Shown here: piece by piece, positions 16,496-25,349 of the stretch
Position numbering within the stretch: position 1 is the stretch's first letter
Layout of the letters: each line of letters opens with the position of its first letter
Assembly (NCBI RefSeq): GCF_000186885.1
Contig: NC_014972.1
Location: 1,380,001-1,412,000, forward strand
Source of the DNA: Desulfobulbus propionicus DSM 2032
GTDB lineage: Bacteria > Desulfobacterota > Desulfobulbia > Desulfobulbales > Desulfobulbaceae
DNA length: 32,000 bases
Reading direction: 5' to 3'
Notes under the pieces: model-generated
Told to the model about the DNA's origin: nothing
Databases searched by the model: none
The model's input: the letters and a program-made list of their open reading frames with translations, nothing else
Made by a program: the position numbers and the translations under genes

Positions 16496-17908
16496 ATGAC
16501 AACAAGAAGAACCTTTTTGAAAGCAGCCGGTCTCGCCGGCGGGGCGGTGGCCGTAGCGATGGTCAACCGCGCGGCCTTGGCCGCCCTGCCGGAGCCCGTG
16601 GTCCAGCAACAAACCGAAACCATGCCACCGCTGTTTCCCGATACCGGGCGGCCTTACAATCCGGTGGTAACGCTGAATGGCTGGACCCTGCCGTGGCGCA
16701 TGAACAACGGAGTCAAGGAGTTTCACCTGGTGGCTGAACCGGTGGTGCGGGAGATGGCTCCGGGATTCAAGGCCCATCTTTGGGGGTATAACGGCCAGAG
16801 TCCAGGTCCGACCATCGAGGTCGTCGAAGGAGACCGCGTCCGCATCTTTGTCACCAACCGGCTGCCAGAACACACTTCCATTCATTGGCATGGCCAGCGT
16901 CTTCCCAATGGGATGGATGGCGTATCCGGCCTGACCCAGCCGGCGATCAAACCCGGCCAGACCTATGTCTATGAGTTTGTCGCACGTCGTCCCGGAACCT
17001 TCATGTATCATCCCCATGCCGATGAAATGACGCAGATGGCCATGGGCATGATGGGGTCTTGGGTGACGCATCCCAAGGAAAAGCATCCACTCATTGGCGA
17101 GGTCGATAGGGATTTCATTTTTCTGCTCAACGCCTACGACATCGAACCGGGCAGCTACACCCCCAAGATCATGACCATGCTCGATTTCAACCTCTGGAGT
17201 TGGAACAGTCGCATTTTCCCAGGTATTGACTCGCTCAATGTTCGGCTGAACGATAGGGTGCGGGTGCGTATCGGCAACCTGACCATGACCAACCATCCGA
17301 TTCATCTGCATGGCCATGAATTTCAAGTGACCGGCACCGATGGCGGACCAGTGCCATTGTCGGCACGCTGGCCCGAAGTCACCACGGATATTGCCGTCGG
17401 CCAGATGCGGCAAATCGAATTTATCGCCGATGAAGAGGGTGATTGGGCCTTTCACTGCCATAAAAGCCATCACACGATGAATGCCATGGGGCATGACGTG
17501 CCGACAATGATTGGTGTCGATCATCGGGGGCTGAGCAAGAAAATCTCCCAGCTCATCCCTGATTACATGGTGATGGGGGAACGAGGCATGGCCGATATGA
17601 CAGAAATGGAGATGCCCCTTCCTGATAACACCGTGCCGATGATGACAGGGGAAGGGCCGTTCGGCTCTGTCGAGATGGGCGGGATGTTCAGTGTCGTCAA
17701 GGTGCGGTCTGGCCAGAAGCCAAACGATTACTCGAATCCCGGATGGTTCAAGCATCCCAAGGGAACAAGAGCCTTTCAGTATAAGAAAAAAATTAAAGAA
17801 CCAACCCGCTCCCGGTCTGCGGGGCGACAGTCCATGCCTCGCACGTCGAAACCTGCCGAGCCTGTCGAGGTGCGCATCCGCAAGCCGATGCGACATATGG
17901 ATCATTGA
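16496..17908 (+). CDS. Tat-exported multicopper oxidase (copper-resistance type)
   Basis: The twin-arginine signal reads MTTRRTFLKAAGLAGG. The four Cu-ligand blocks are HWHG, YHPHAD, HPIHLHGHEF and HCHKSHHTMNAMG. There are Met-rich stretches (EMTQMAMGMMG; DYMVMGERGMADMTEMEMPLPDNTVPMM). The RBS is AAGGAAG. Confidence 0.9.
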   Translation: MTTRRTFLKAAGLAGGAVAVAMVNRAALAALPEPVVQQQTETMPPLFPDTGRPYNPVVTLNGWTLPWRMNNGVKEFHLVAEPVVREMAPGFKAHLWGYNGQSPGPTIEVVEGDRVRIFVTNRLPEHTSIHWHGQRLPNGMDGVSGLTQPAIKPGQTYVYEFVARRPGTFMYHPHADEMTQMAMGMMGSWVTHPKEKHPLIGEVDRDFIFLLNAYDIEPGSYTPKIMTMLDFNLWSWNSRIFPGIDSLNVRLNDRVRVRIGNLTMTNHPIHLHGHEFQVTGTDGGPVPLSARWPEVTTDIAVGQMRQIEFIADEEGDWAFHCHKSHHTMNAMGHDVPTMIGVDHRGLSKKISQLIPDYMVMGERGMADMTEMEMPLPDNTVPMMTGEGPFGSVEMGGMFSVVKVRSGQKPNDYSNPGWFKHPKGTRAFQYKKKIKEPTRSRSAGRQSMPRTSKPAEPVEVRIRKPMRHMDH

Positions 17909-17990
17909 GTCATCGAGGAGGACGTATTTTCAAGATGTTATCCCGTGCTAACGAAGTCAAGCGAATTGTTCTTTGCAAAGGAGGCCACGC

Positions 17991-18326
17991 ATGAAGAAAC
18001 ATATCTTTTCCCTGATGGTTGCTGTGCTTGCTGGAGGAGGTGGTGTGCTGGTTGAGGGAGTGGCGCACAGTGCCGCGAATAATCAAGAGTACAATAAAAC
18101 AGGCCAAACAGAAGGCCTGACCTCCGGGCAAGTGCGCAAGATCGACAAAGAAGCAGGGAAGTTGACCCTCAAACACGAAAGAATCGCCAACCTGAACATG
18201 CCCCCGATGACCATGGTGTTCAGGGTGAAGGAGAAAAGCATGTTGAATGCTCTTCAGGTCGGTGACACGATCCTCTTTCACGCGGTTGACAGGAATGGTG
18301 TGCTGACGATAACCGAGATCAAATGA
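17991..18326 (+). CDS. cusF: CusF-family periplasmic Cu(I)/Ag(I)-binding protein
   Basis: Track ORF trimmed to ATG 17991 (RBS AAAGGAGG). It has a signal peptide. 'GKLTLKHERIANLNMPPMTMVFRV' has the His/+8/+11/+13 spacing of the E. coli CusF H36/W44/M47/M49 site, with Met in the Trp position. Confidence 0.85.
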   Translation: MKKHIFSLMVAVLAGGGGVLVEGVAHSAANNQEYNKTGQTEGLTSGQVRKIDKEAGKLTLKHERIANLNMPPMTMVFRVKEKSMLNALQVGDTILFHAVDRNGVLTITEIK

Positions 18327-18716
18327 GGTGAGCCATGCAGGCGCTTCTCTTTTCGGGCGGATACCTCAGTCTTGCGAAATCGCGTTGATAGTCAGCCTGC
18401 ATGCCTTTTGGGACGGCAGTTTGCCGGTTCACATTCCGCCAGGCTGGGATAGATTTCCAGGACTGTTGACAAGATCCTTCCTGATCGATTCCATTGGGGT
18501 TCGGGGCACCTTGCGCATTGTCCGGAAGTGGTGTCTTGCAGTTGCATGGAAGCGCACGTCCCGCACATCACAAAAAAGCAGGGGGGACTTGAGAAAATGA
18601 GTGACAGCTCCATGAATTTGCTCTAATTATTTGCATAACTAGCCGATGGCGCAGGGAACCCCATGCGGTTGTGTTTGCTCAGCAGTGCCAATCAAATTTC
18701 ACACCGTGAAAAGGGC

Positions 18717-19307
18717 ATGAACCGATTGCAACACCTTATCCCCCTCCTCGCCGTACTCCTCACCGCACGTCTCCTGCTGTCCGCCAGCGCCACGGCAGCC
18801 GCCGCCGTTAGCCCAACGAATACACCGCCCTTTCATTTCCAGCTGGAACAGGTACTGTCAACAGGGCGGTCGCCTTCCTCCGGTGAACCGGTTCGTCAAC
18901 GGGTTGGAGTCCGTGACATCTATGCCCGGGAACAATGCACACTCCTGTGGACGCCGGAGAAGGTCAAGCAGTTGCTTGCCGCCATTGCGGCCAGCCGGGA
19001 AAATGGCCTGCAGCCCACCGATTACCCTCACCAAACACTTCTCCTCTTCGGGCATTGCCTGGCCAATGACCCCGATCCTTCCCTTTCCGTCGAAGACGGT
19101 CTGGTCTGCTCTACCGAGCGATGGCGTTCACGCGAAGCATTGGAACAGCATCTGGGCTCCTCCTTGTATAGCCGGGTTTTCGAGGCCATGGAGCTTTCCC
19201 GGCAACCGCCTAAGGTCGAATTTTTGCAGGTACAGGATATCGGCGGGTTGGATATGGTGGCCCAAGCCCGAAGGGGCAAGGGCGTGGCGTTGCATCAGGA
19301 AGAATGA
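18717..19307 (+). pseudogene. chimeric ORF: N-terminal fragment of a YcbB/LdtD-type L,D-transpeptidase fused to the C-terminal part of an ABM (antibiotic-biosynthesis-monooxygenase-like) domain
   Basis: A signal peptide is followed by 'VRDIYAREQCTLLWTPEKVKQLLAAIAASRENGLQPTDYPHQTL', the N-terminal scaffold region of large L,D-transpeptidases. There is no catalytic YkuD domain. Instead the ORF continues 'GHCLANDPDPSLSVEDGLVCSTERWRSREALEQHLGSSLYSRVFEAM...PKVEFLQV', an ABM-like E.W.s.ealeaHl pattern. It may still be expressed as a fusion protein. Confidence 0.45.
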
Positions 19308-19459
19308 TGGTCACGCAGGTGCCGTCTCTGGCAGGGTTTTTGCTGCTGCGCCGGCGAATGCGCACCATCCTCCCCGACCCGTTGAACGGAACCAGGGGCA
19401 GGCAAGGGATCGGGATCAGCGGTCCACAATGAGAGCAGAAAGGGGGGTGGGAAAGATCG

Positions 19460-20656
19460 ATGAAGAAAGCCAATCATTGGGTTGGGAAGATATGGGGCGA
19501 CCGCCAGACGATTATGCGACTGGCGACCGTGACAATGCTCGCCATCGCTGCCTTGTGGCCAGCGGGCTGCCGCAAGGAGGAGAAGGCTGCGGCACCCATG
19601 GTGCCGGTGGTGGAAACCATGGTAGTGGTGCAGAAGGATGTGCCGGTGCAAAAGGAGTGGGTCGGTGTGCTCGATGGCCTTGTCAATGCCACCATCCGGC
19701 CTCAGGTTTCTGGCTACCTCATTCGCCAGAACTACAAGGAAGGTGAGGCGGTCCGCAAGGGGCAGGTGCTGTTCGAGATCGACCCGCGCACCTTCCAGGC
19801 CGCGCTGAACAAGGCCAAGGCCCAGCTCTCGGTGCAGATGGCCCGCCATGAAACCGCCAAGGCCAACCTGGCCCGCATCAAACCGTTGGCCGCCAAGAAT
19901 GCGGTCAGCCAGAAGGACCTCGACGATGCCATCGGCATGGAACTCTCGGCGCGCTCCTCGGTCGAGGCGGCCCAGGCAGCGGTGGATGAGGCACAGTTGA
20001 ATCTCGGCTTCACCAAGATCACCTCGCCGGTCGACGGGGTGGCCGGCATCGCCAAGACCCAGCTGGGTGACCTGGTGGGTCCGAGCATGCAGGAGGAGCT
20101 GACCTCGGTCTCCACCCTCGACCCGATCAAGGTGTACGTCAACATCAGCGAACGTGAATACCTCAATGCTGCCGCGGCCGGCAACCAGCGGATGGAAGAA
20201 CTGCCCCTGGAACTGATCCTGGCCGATAACAGTGTCTATCCGCATCCAGGGCATCTGGCCATCATGGACCGGCAGATCGACCCCACCACCGGCACGATGA
20301 AGATCGGGGCACTGTTCCCCAACCCGGAGAACCGACTGCGTCCCGGCCAGTATGGCCGCGTGCGCGCCACGGTCCGCATCCAGCAGGGCGCGTTGCTGGT
20401 GCCGCAACGGGCGGTTGGCGAGGTGCAGGGCAAATACATGGTGGCCGTGATTGGCGCCGACAATAAGGTCGACATCCGGCCGGTGCAGGTGGGGCCGCGG
20501 ATCGCCAGCGACTGGATCATCGACCAGGGGCTCAAGCCCGGTGAACAGATCGTGGTCGAAGGGATTCAGAAGGTGCGACCGGGCATGACGGTGACCCCCA
20601 AGCCGTTTTCACCGCAAACCACGCCAACGGCTGTCGCGCCGGCGGAGAAGAGGTGA
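19460..20656 (+). CDS. RND efflux membrane-fusion (periplasmic adaptor) lipoprotein, AcrA/MexA family
   Basis: It has a lipobox (LWPAGC) and 'GYLIRQNYKEGEAVRKGQVLFEIDPRTFQAAL...AQLNLGFTKITSPVDGVAG', typical of HlyD/AcrA-type adaptors. The start could alternatively be ATG 19514. Confidence 0.9.
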   Translation: MKKANHWVGKIWGDRQTIMRLATVTMLAIAALWPAGCRKEEKAAAPMVPVVETMVVVQKDVPVQKEWVGVLDGLVNATIRPQVSGYLIRQNYKEGEAVRKGQVLFEIDPRTFQAALNKAKAQLSVQMARHETAKANLARIKPLAAKNAVSQKDLDDAIGMELSARSSVEAAQAAVDEAQLNLGFTKITSPVDGVAGIAKTQLGDLVGPSMQEELTSVSTLDPIKVYVNISEREYLNAAAAGNQRMEELPLELILADNSVYPHPGHLAIMDRQIDPTTGTMKIGALFPNPENRLRPGQYGRVRATVRIQQGALLVPQRAVGEVQGKYMVAVIGADNKVDIRPVQVGPRIASDWIIDQGLKPGEQIVVEGIQKVRPGMTVTPKPFSPQTTPTAVAPAEKR

Positions 20657-20662
20657 GGCGCC

Positions 20663-23600
20663 ATGGCCAGATTCTTCATCAATCGCCCCATTGTGGCCAT
20701 GGTGCTCTCGATCCTTATGGTCATTGTCGGGCTGGTCGCCATGAGCGGCCTGCCCACCGCCCAGTTTCCCAACATCGTGCCGCCGGAGATCAAGGTGTCC
20801 ACCACCTACACCGGTGCCGATGCCCTTACCCTGGAGCAGGCGGTGGCCACCCCGATCGAGCAGGAGATGTCGGGCGTGGACAACATGAACTACATGTACT
20901 CGATCAACGCCAACAATGGCGAGACCAAGCTGACGGTCAACTTCGACATCAAGACCGACACCAACACCGACCAGCTGCTGGCCCAGATGCGCAAGGGCCA
21001 GGCCGAGTCGCAGCTGCCCAGCGATGTGCGTAACTACGGCGTCAAGGTGGAGAAATCGACCTCCTCGCCGCTGATCATGTTCGGCCTCTATTCGCCGAAC
21101 GGTACCTACGACAACGTCTTCCTCGCCAACTACTGCTACATCAATATCAACGACCAGATGACCCGCATTCCGGGTATCGCCAGCGTCACCATCTTCGGCG
21201 CCGGCAAGTACGCCATGCGGTTGTGGGTCAAGCCCGATCAGCTGGCCAAGCTCAACATCACTATCCCCGAGATCGTCAACGCCATCAATGCCCAGAACAC
21301 GGTCAACCCAGCCGGGCAGGTGGGGGCGGAACCGGTGCCCACAGGCCAGGAATTCACCTACGCGGTGCGCGCCCAAGGGCGGTTGCAGTCCGAGGCGGAT
21401 TTTGGCCGGGTGGTACTGCGCGCCAATCCGGACGGCTCGATCGTGCGGGTCAGCGATGTGGCCCGGATCGAGCTGGGCGCCCAGACTTACAGCCTGGAAG
21501 GCCGGCTCAACGGCAAGCCCAGCGCTCTGATTGCTCTGTACCAGATGCCCGGTTCCAACGCGGTCGAGGCAGCCAAGGGCGCCCGGGAACTGATGGAGCA
21601 GCTCAAGCAGCGCTTCCCGCCGGATCTGGATTATGTCGTGTCCCTCGATACCACCCTGGCGGTCACCGAGGGCATCAAGGAGATCGAACACACCCTGTTC
21701 GAGGCCCTGGTGCTGGTGATCATCGTGGTGTTCATCTTTCTCCAGGGGTGGCGGGCCACGCTGATCCCGCTGTTGGCGGTGCCGGTCTCCCTGGTGGGCA
21801 CCTTCATGTTCTTTCCCCTGTTCGGCTTCTCGATCAACACCCTGTCGCTCTTTGGCCTGGTCTTGGCCATCGGCCTGGTGGTCGATGACGCCATCGTCGT
21901 GGTCGAGGCGGTGGAACACCATATCGAACACGGGCTCAGTCCCAAGGAGGCCACTTTCAAGGCCATGGAGGAGGTCTCGGGCCCGGTGATCGCCATCGCC
22001 ATCATCCTCGCTGCGGTGTTCGTGCCCACGGCCTTCATCCCCGGCATCACCGGCCGGCTCTACCAGCAGTTCGCCCTGACCATCGCCCTGTCGGTGATCA
22101 TCTCGGCCTTCAACGCCCTGACCCTTTCTCCGGCCCTGTGTGCCTTGCTGCTCAAACCCAAGGTCAAGGGCCGCGGGCCGCTGCAGAAATTTTATGATTG
22201 GTTCAACCGGGTGTTCGGCCGGGCCACCGACGGCTACGTCGGCCTGTGCCGGGTAGCGGTGCACAAGAGCGCCATCAGCCTGCTCTTTTTGGTGGGCATG
22301 GTGGTCCTGACCGGATTCTTCGGCAAAACCGTGCCCTCGGGCTTCCTGCCGGAAGAGGATCAGGGCTACGTCTTCGCCGGCATTCAACTTCCCGATGCGG
22401 CCTCGCTGCAGCGCACCCGCGATCTCACCGAACAGGCGGAAAAGCTGATCATGGAAACCCCAGGGGTGAAGTACACCACCTCGGTCATCGGCTACTCGAT
22501 GCTCAGCCAGGTCACCAACACCTACTCGGCCTTCTTCTTCATCACCTTGGACGACTGGGCCGCACGCAAGGAGCCGGCCGTGCAGTACGAGGCCATCAAG
22601 CAGACGCTCAACAAGAAACTGGGCAGCCTCAGCGGCGCCATCGGTTTTGCCTTCTCGCCGCCGGCCATCCCCGGCATCGGCACCTCGGGTGGTGTGACCT
22701 TCATGCTCGAAGACCGGGCCGGCAAGGATCTGGAGTTCCTGGCCACCAATGTCAGCAAATTTGTCGAGGCGGCCAAAAAGCGGCCTGAACTGGCCACGGT
22801 CTCCACCACCTTTCGCCCGACCGTGCCCCAGCTGTTCGTCGAGGTCGATCAGGACAAGGTGCTCAAGCAGGGGGTCAACGTCAACGACGTTTACAAGACC
22901 CTGCAGAGCTTCATGGGCAGCGGCTTTATCAACTATTTCAACAAATTCGGTCGTCAGTGGCAGGTGTACATCCAGGCCGAGGGAGATTTCCGCACCAATA
23001 TCGACAACATTGGCCAGTTCTATGTGCGCAATCAAGAGGGTAAATCCGTGCCGCTCTCGGCCTTGACCACGGTGAAGAACATTACCGGGCCGGAGTTCAC
23101 CATGCGCTACAACCTCTACCGGGCCGCCCAGATCAATGCCGGCGCCGCCCCTGGCTACAGTTCGGCCCAGGCCATGCGGGCCCTGGAGGAAGTGTTCGCC
23201 GAGACCATGCCCTCGGAGATGGGCTACGACTACATGGGCATGAGCTTCCAGGAGTGGCAGGCGCAGAAAGGGGTGTCGCCGGTGGTGATTTTTGGATTTT
23301 CGCTGCTGTGCGTGTTCCTGATCCTGGCGGCCCAGTACGAGAGCTGGTCCTTGCCCTTTTCCGTCCTCTTGGGGACGCCGATCGCCGTGGCCGGCGCCTT
23401 TGGCGCCCTCTTTCTCCGCGGCCAGGAAAACAATGTCTATGCCCAGATCGGTCTGGTCATGCTCATCGGCCTGTCGGCCAAGAACGCCATCCTCATCGTC
23501 GAGTTCGCCAAGATGGAGTACGAGAAGGGCAGGCCCCTGCTGGAGGCCACCCTGGAGGGCGCCAAGCTGCGCCTGCGGCCCATTCTCATGACCTCGTTCG

Positions 23601-23824
23601 CCTTCATTCTCGGCTGTGTGCCGCTGGCCATTGCCTCGGGCGCGGGCGCCATCTCCCGCCAGGTCATGGGTAACGCGGTCATCGGCGGCATGCTCGCCGC
23701 CACCTGCATCGGTGTCTTCCTCATCCCGGTGACCTTCTATGTAGTGGAGAAACTGGGACACCGGCCCACGAACGAGCCGACCGTCTCCGCCAGTTCCAAT
23801 CAGGGAGGGCCGCATCATGGATAA
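20663..23824 (+). CDS. RND efflux inner-membrane permease, AcrB/MexB (HAE1) family
   Basis: 1053 aa. The N-terminus MARFFINRPIVAMVLSILMVIVGLVAM and the segments 'GLVVDDAIVVVE' and 'AKNAILIVEFA' are typical. The size and 12-TM organisation are canonical. Confidence 0.95.
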   Translation: MARFFINRPIVAMVLSILMVIVGLVAMSGLPTAQFPNIVPPEIKVSTTYTGADALTLEQAVATPIEQEMSGVDNMNYMYSINANNGETKLTVNFDIKTDTNTDQLLAQMRKGQAESQLPSDVRNYGVKVEKSTSSPLIMFGLYSPNGTYDNVFLANYCYININDQMTRIPGIASVTIFGAGKYAMRLWVKPDQLAKLNITIPEIVNAINAQNTVNPAGQVGAEPVPTGQEFTYAVRAQGRLQSEADFGRVVLRANPDGSIVRVSDVARIELGAQTYSLEGRLNGKPSALIALYQMPGSNAVEAAKGARELMEQLKQRFPPDLDYVVSLDTTLAVTEGIKEIEHTLFEALVLVIIVVFIFLQGWRATLIPLLAVPVSLVGTFMFFPLFGFSINTLSLFGLVLAIGLVVDDAIVVVEAVEHHIEHGLSPKEATFKAMEEVSGPVIAIAIILAAVFVPTAFIPGITGRLYQQFALTIALSVIISAFNALTLSPALCALLLKPKVKGRGPLQKFYDWFNRVFGRATDGYVGLCRVAVHKSAISLLFLVGMVVLTGFFGKTVPSGFLPEEDQGYVFAGIQLPDAASLQRTRDLTEQAEKLIMETPGVKYTTSVIGYSMLSQVTNTYSAFFFITLDDWAARKEPAVQYEAIKQTLNKKLGSLSGAIGFAFSPPAIPGIGTSGGVTFMLEDRAGKDLEFLATNVSKFVEAAKKRPELATVSTTFRPTVPQLFVEVDQDKVLKQGVNVNDVYKTLQSFMGSGFINYFNKFGRQWQVYIQAEGDFRTNIDNIGQFYVRNQEGKSVPLSALTTVKNITGPEFTMRYNLYRAAQINAGAAPGYSSAQAMRALEEVFAETMPSEMGYDYMGMSFQEWQAQKGVSPVVIFGFSLLCVFLILAAQYESWSLPFSVLLGTPIAVAGAFGALFLRGQENNVYAQIGLVMLIGLSAKNAILIVEFAKMEYEKGRPLLEATLEGAKLRLRPILMTSFAFILGCVPLAIASGAGAISRQVMGNAVIGGMLAATCIGVFLIPVTFYVVEKLGHRPTNEPTVSASSNQGGPHHG

Positions 23825-25241
23825 ATCGTGGATTGCCCTCCTCTTGATCCTGTTGGTGGGCGGGTGCACGGTGGGCCCGGATTACAACCGGCCGCCCATC
23901 GACGCCCCCTCGGATTGGCGGCTGATCGACAGCGAGGCCAAGGATCTGGCCAACACCCCCTGGTGGCAGCAGTTCAACGATCCGGTGCTCACGACCCTGA
24001 TCGAGACGGCCCTGCGGGAAAACAAGGAGCTGCAGATCGCTGCGGCGCGCATTGAGGAGTATGCCGGACGCTATGGCATGGCCCGGGCGGATCTCTTCCC
24101 GCAGGTCAGTGGGTCTGCGGAATACAATCGGCAGCGGGTGACCGAACTGGGCGACAACCGGTATGCATCCGGCTACAAGACCACCACCGACACCTTTGCC
24201 GCCACTTTGGGCGCCAGTTGGGAGATCGACATCTGGGGCCGAATCCGGCGCGGCACCGAAGCGGCTCGGGCCGAGCTGCTGGCCAGCGAGGAGGGACGGC
24301 GGGCCGTGGTCCTCTCCTTGGTGAGCAGCGTGGCCAGCGGATACATCAACCTGCGCGACCTCGACCGCCAGCTGGAGATCAGCCGCAACACCGCCACCAG
24401 CCGTGGTCAATCGTATGCACTATTCAAGGAACGGTTTGCCGGCGGCATCATCTCCGATCTCGAGTTGAGCCAGAACCGTTCCCAGTACGAGGAGGCCCTG
24501 GCCTCCATTCCCAGCCTGGAAAAGGCCATCGCCCAACAGGAGAACGGCCTCAGTGTCCTTTTGGGGCGCAATCCCGGGCCGATCCCGCGGGGCAGGAACA
24601 TCGATCAGTTGACCCTGCCGGCGGTGGTCGCCGGGTTGCCTTCGGACCTGCTTGAGCGGCGGCCCGATATCCGTCAGGCCGAGCAGACGCTGATTGCCGC
24701 CAATGCCCGCATCGGCGTGGCCAAGGCCGCCTATTTCCCGTCCATCTCTCTCACCGGCGCCTTTGGCTCGGCCAGTGGCGACCTCAGTGATTTGTTCAAG
24801 GGGCCATCCAAGGTCTGGAACTACAGCGCGCCCGTGACCATGCCCCTCTTCACCGCCGGTAAGATTGCCGGCAGCGTCAAGGAGGCCGAGGCCATCCAGC
24901 AACAGGCCCTGCTCGGCTATCAGCAGGCCATCCAGAACGGGTTCCGCGAGGTCAACGATGCCCTGGCTGATCAGCAGCATACCACGAGGCAGTTGGCGGC
25001 GCAGAAGAATCAGGTCGACTCCCTGCGCCAGTACGCCGACATCGCCCGGTTGCGCTATGACAACGGCTATACCGATTATCTGGCGGTGCTCGATGCGGAA
25101 CGCAGCCTGTTCAATGCCGAACTGGCCTACACCCAAACCCAGGGTGCGCTCCATCTGGCCCTGATCAATCTCTACAAGGCCATGGGCGGCGGCTGGATGA
25201 ACAAGGCGGACCAGATGGACCGACCGGTCAGCGGACCGTGA
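23817..25241 (+). CDS. RND efflux outer membrane factor lipoprotein, NodT/OprM family
   Basis: 'LLVGGCTVGPDYNRPPIDAPSDW' is the canonical NodT lipobox and N-terminus. It overlaps the RND permease gene by 8 nt. Confidence 0.9.
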   Translation: MDKSWIALLLILLVGGCTVGPDYNRPPIDAPSDWRLIDSEAKDLANTPWWQQFNDPVLTTLIETALRENKELQIAAARIEEYAGRYGMARADLFPQVSGSAEYNRQRVTELGDNRYASGYKTTTDTFAATLGASWEIDIWGRIRRGTEAARAELLASEEGRRAVVLSLVSSVASGYINLRDLDRQLEISRNTATSRGQSYALFKERFAGGIISDLELSQNRSQYEEALASIPSLEKAIAQQENGLSVLLGRNPGPIPRGRNIDQLTLPAVVAGLPSDLLERRPDIRQAEQTLIAANARIGVAKAAYFPSISLTGAFGSASGDLSDLFKGPSKVWNYSAPVTMPLFTAGKIAGSVKEAEAIQQQALLGYQQAIQNGFREVNDALADQQHTTRQLAAQKNQVDSLRQYADIARLRYDNGYTDYLAVLDAERSLFNAELAYTQTQGALHLALINLYKAMGGGWMNKADQMDRPVSGP

Positions 25242-25349
25242 GCGCAGGGTGGCAACCGATGTCGCCCTGCATGATTTCACGGAAGAATAACGAGGAAGAG
25301 GGCAGGGTGGCTCACGCCCGCTTGAATCAATAACCTACCGGAGGACAAC

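Noticed and set aside
15340-17905. 427-aa and 506-aa minus-strand ORFs over the OMF and multicopper oxidase genes
   Set aside because: They are antisense to genes with a lipobox, a Tat signal and copper-ligand motifs. Their translations are His/Gly/Arg/Pro-rich without motifs.
18328-18613. ORFs 18328..18600 (+) and 18392..18613 (-) between cusF and the chimeric ORF
   Set aside because: They have no RBS, odd composition and no motif, and they overlap each other on opposite strands. I treated the region as non-coding, though an sRNA or a further decayed gene cannot be excluded.
19295-20407. 370-aa minus-strand ORF over the RND adaptor gene
   Set aside because: It is an antisense shadow. The + frame is a canonical AcrA/MexA-type lipoprotein.
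20609-23869. 1086-codon open reading frame on the minus strand, exactly antisense to the RND permease gene
   Set aside because: The translation is a low-complexity Gly/Arg/Asp/His/Leu-rich string (e.g. 'GRDDHRQGDGQGELLVEPAGDAGDEGRGHEHRSEDDGDGDHRARD') with no recognisable domain. The + strand encodes a full-length canonical AcrB-type protein. Stop-free antisense frames are expected in GC3-rich genes.
25244-25270. Hairpin GCAGGGTGG...GTCGCCCTGC just after the NodT-type OMF stop
   Set aside because: The stem needs G-U wobbles and is followed only by 'ATGATTTCAC' rather than a U-tract. It is too weak to call an intrinsic terminator.
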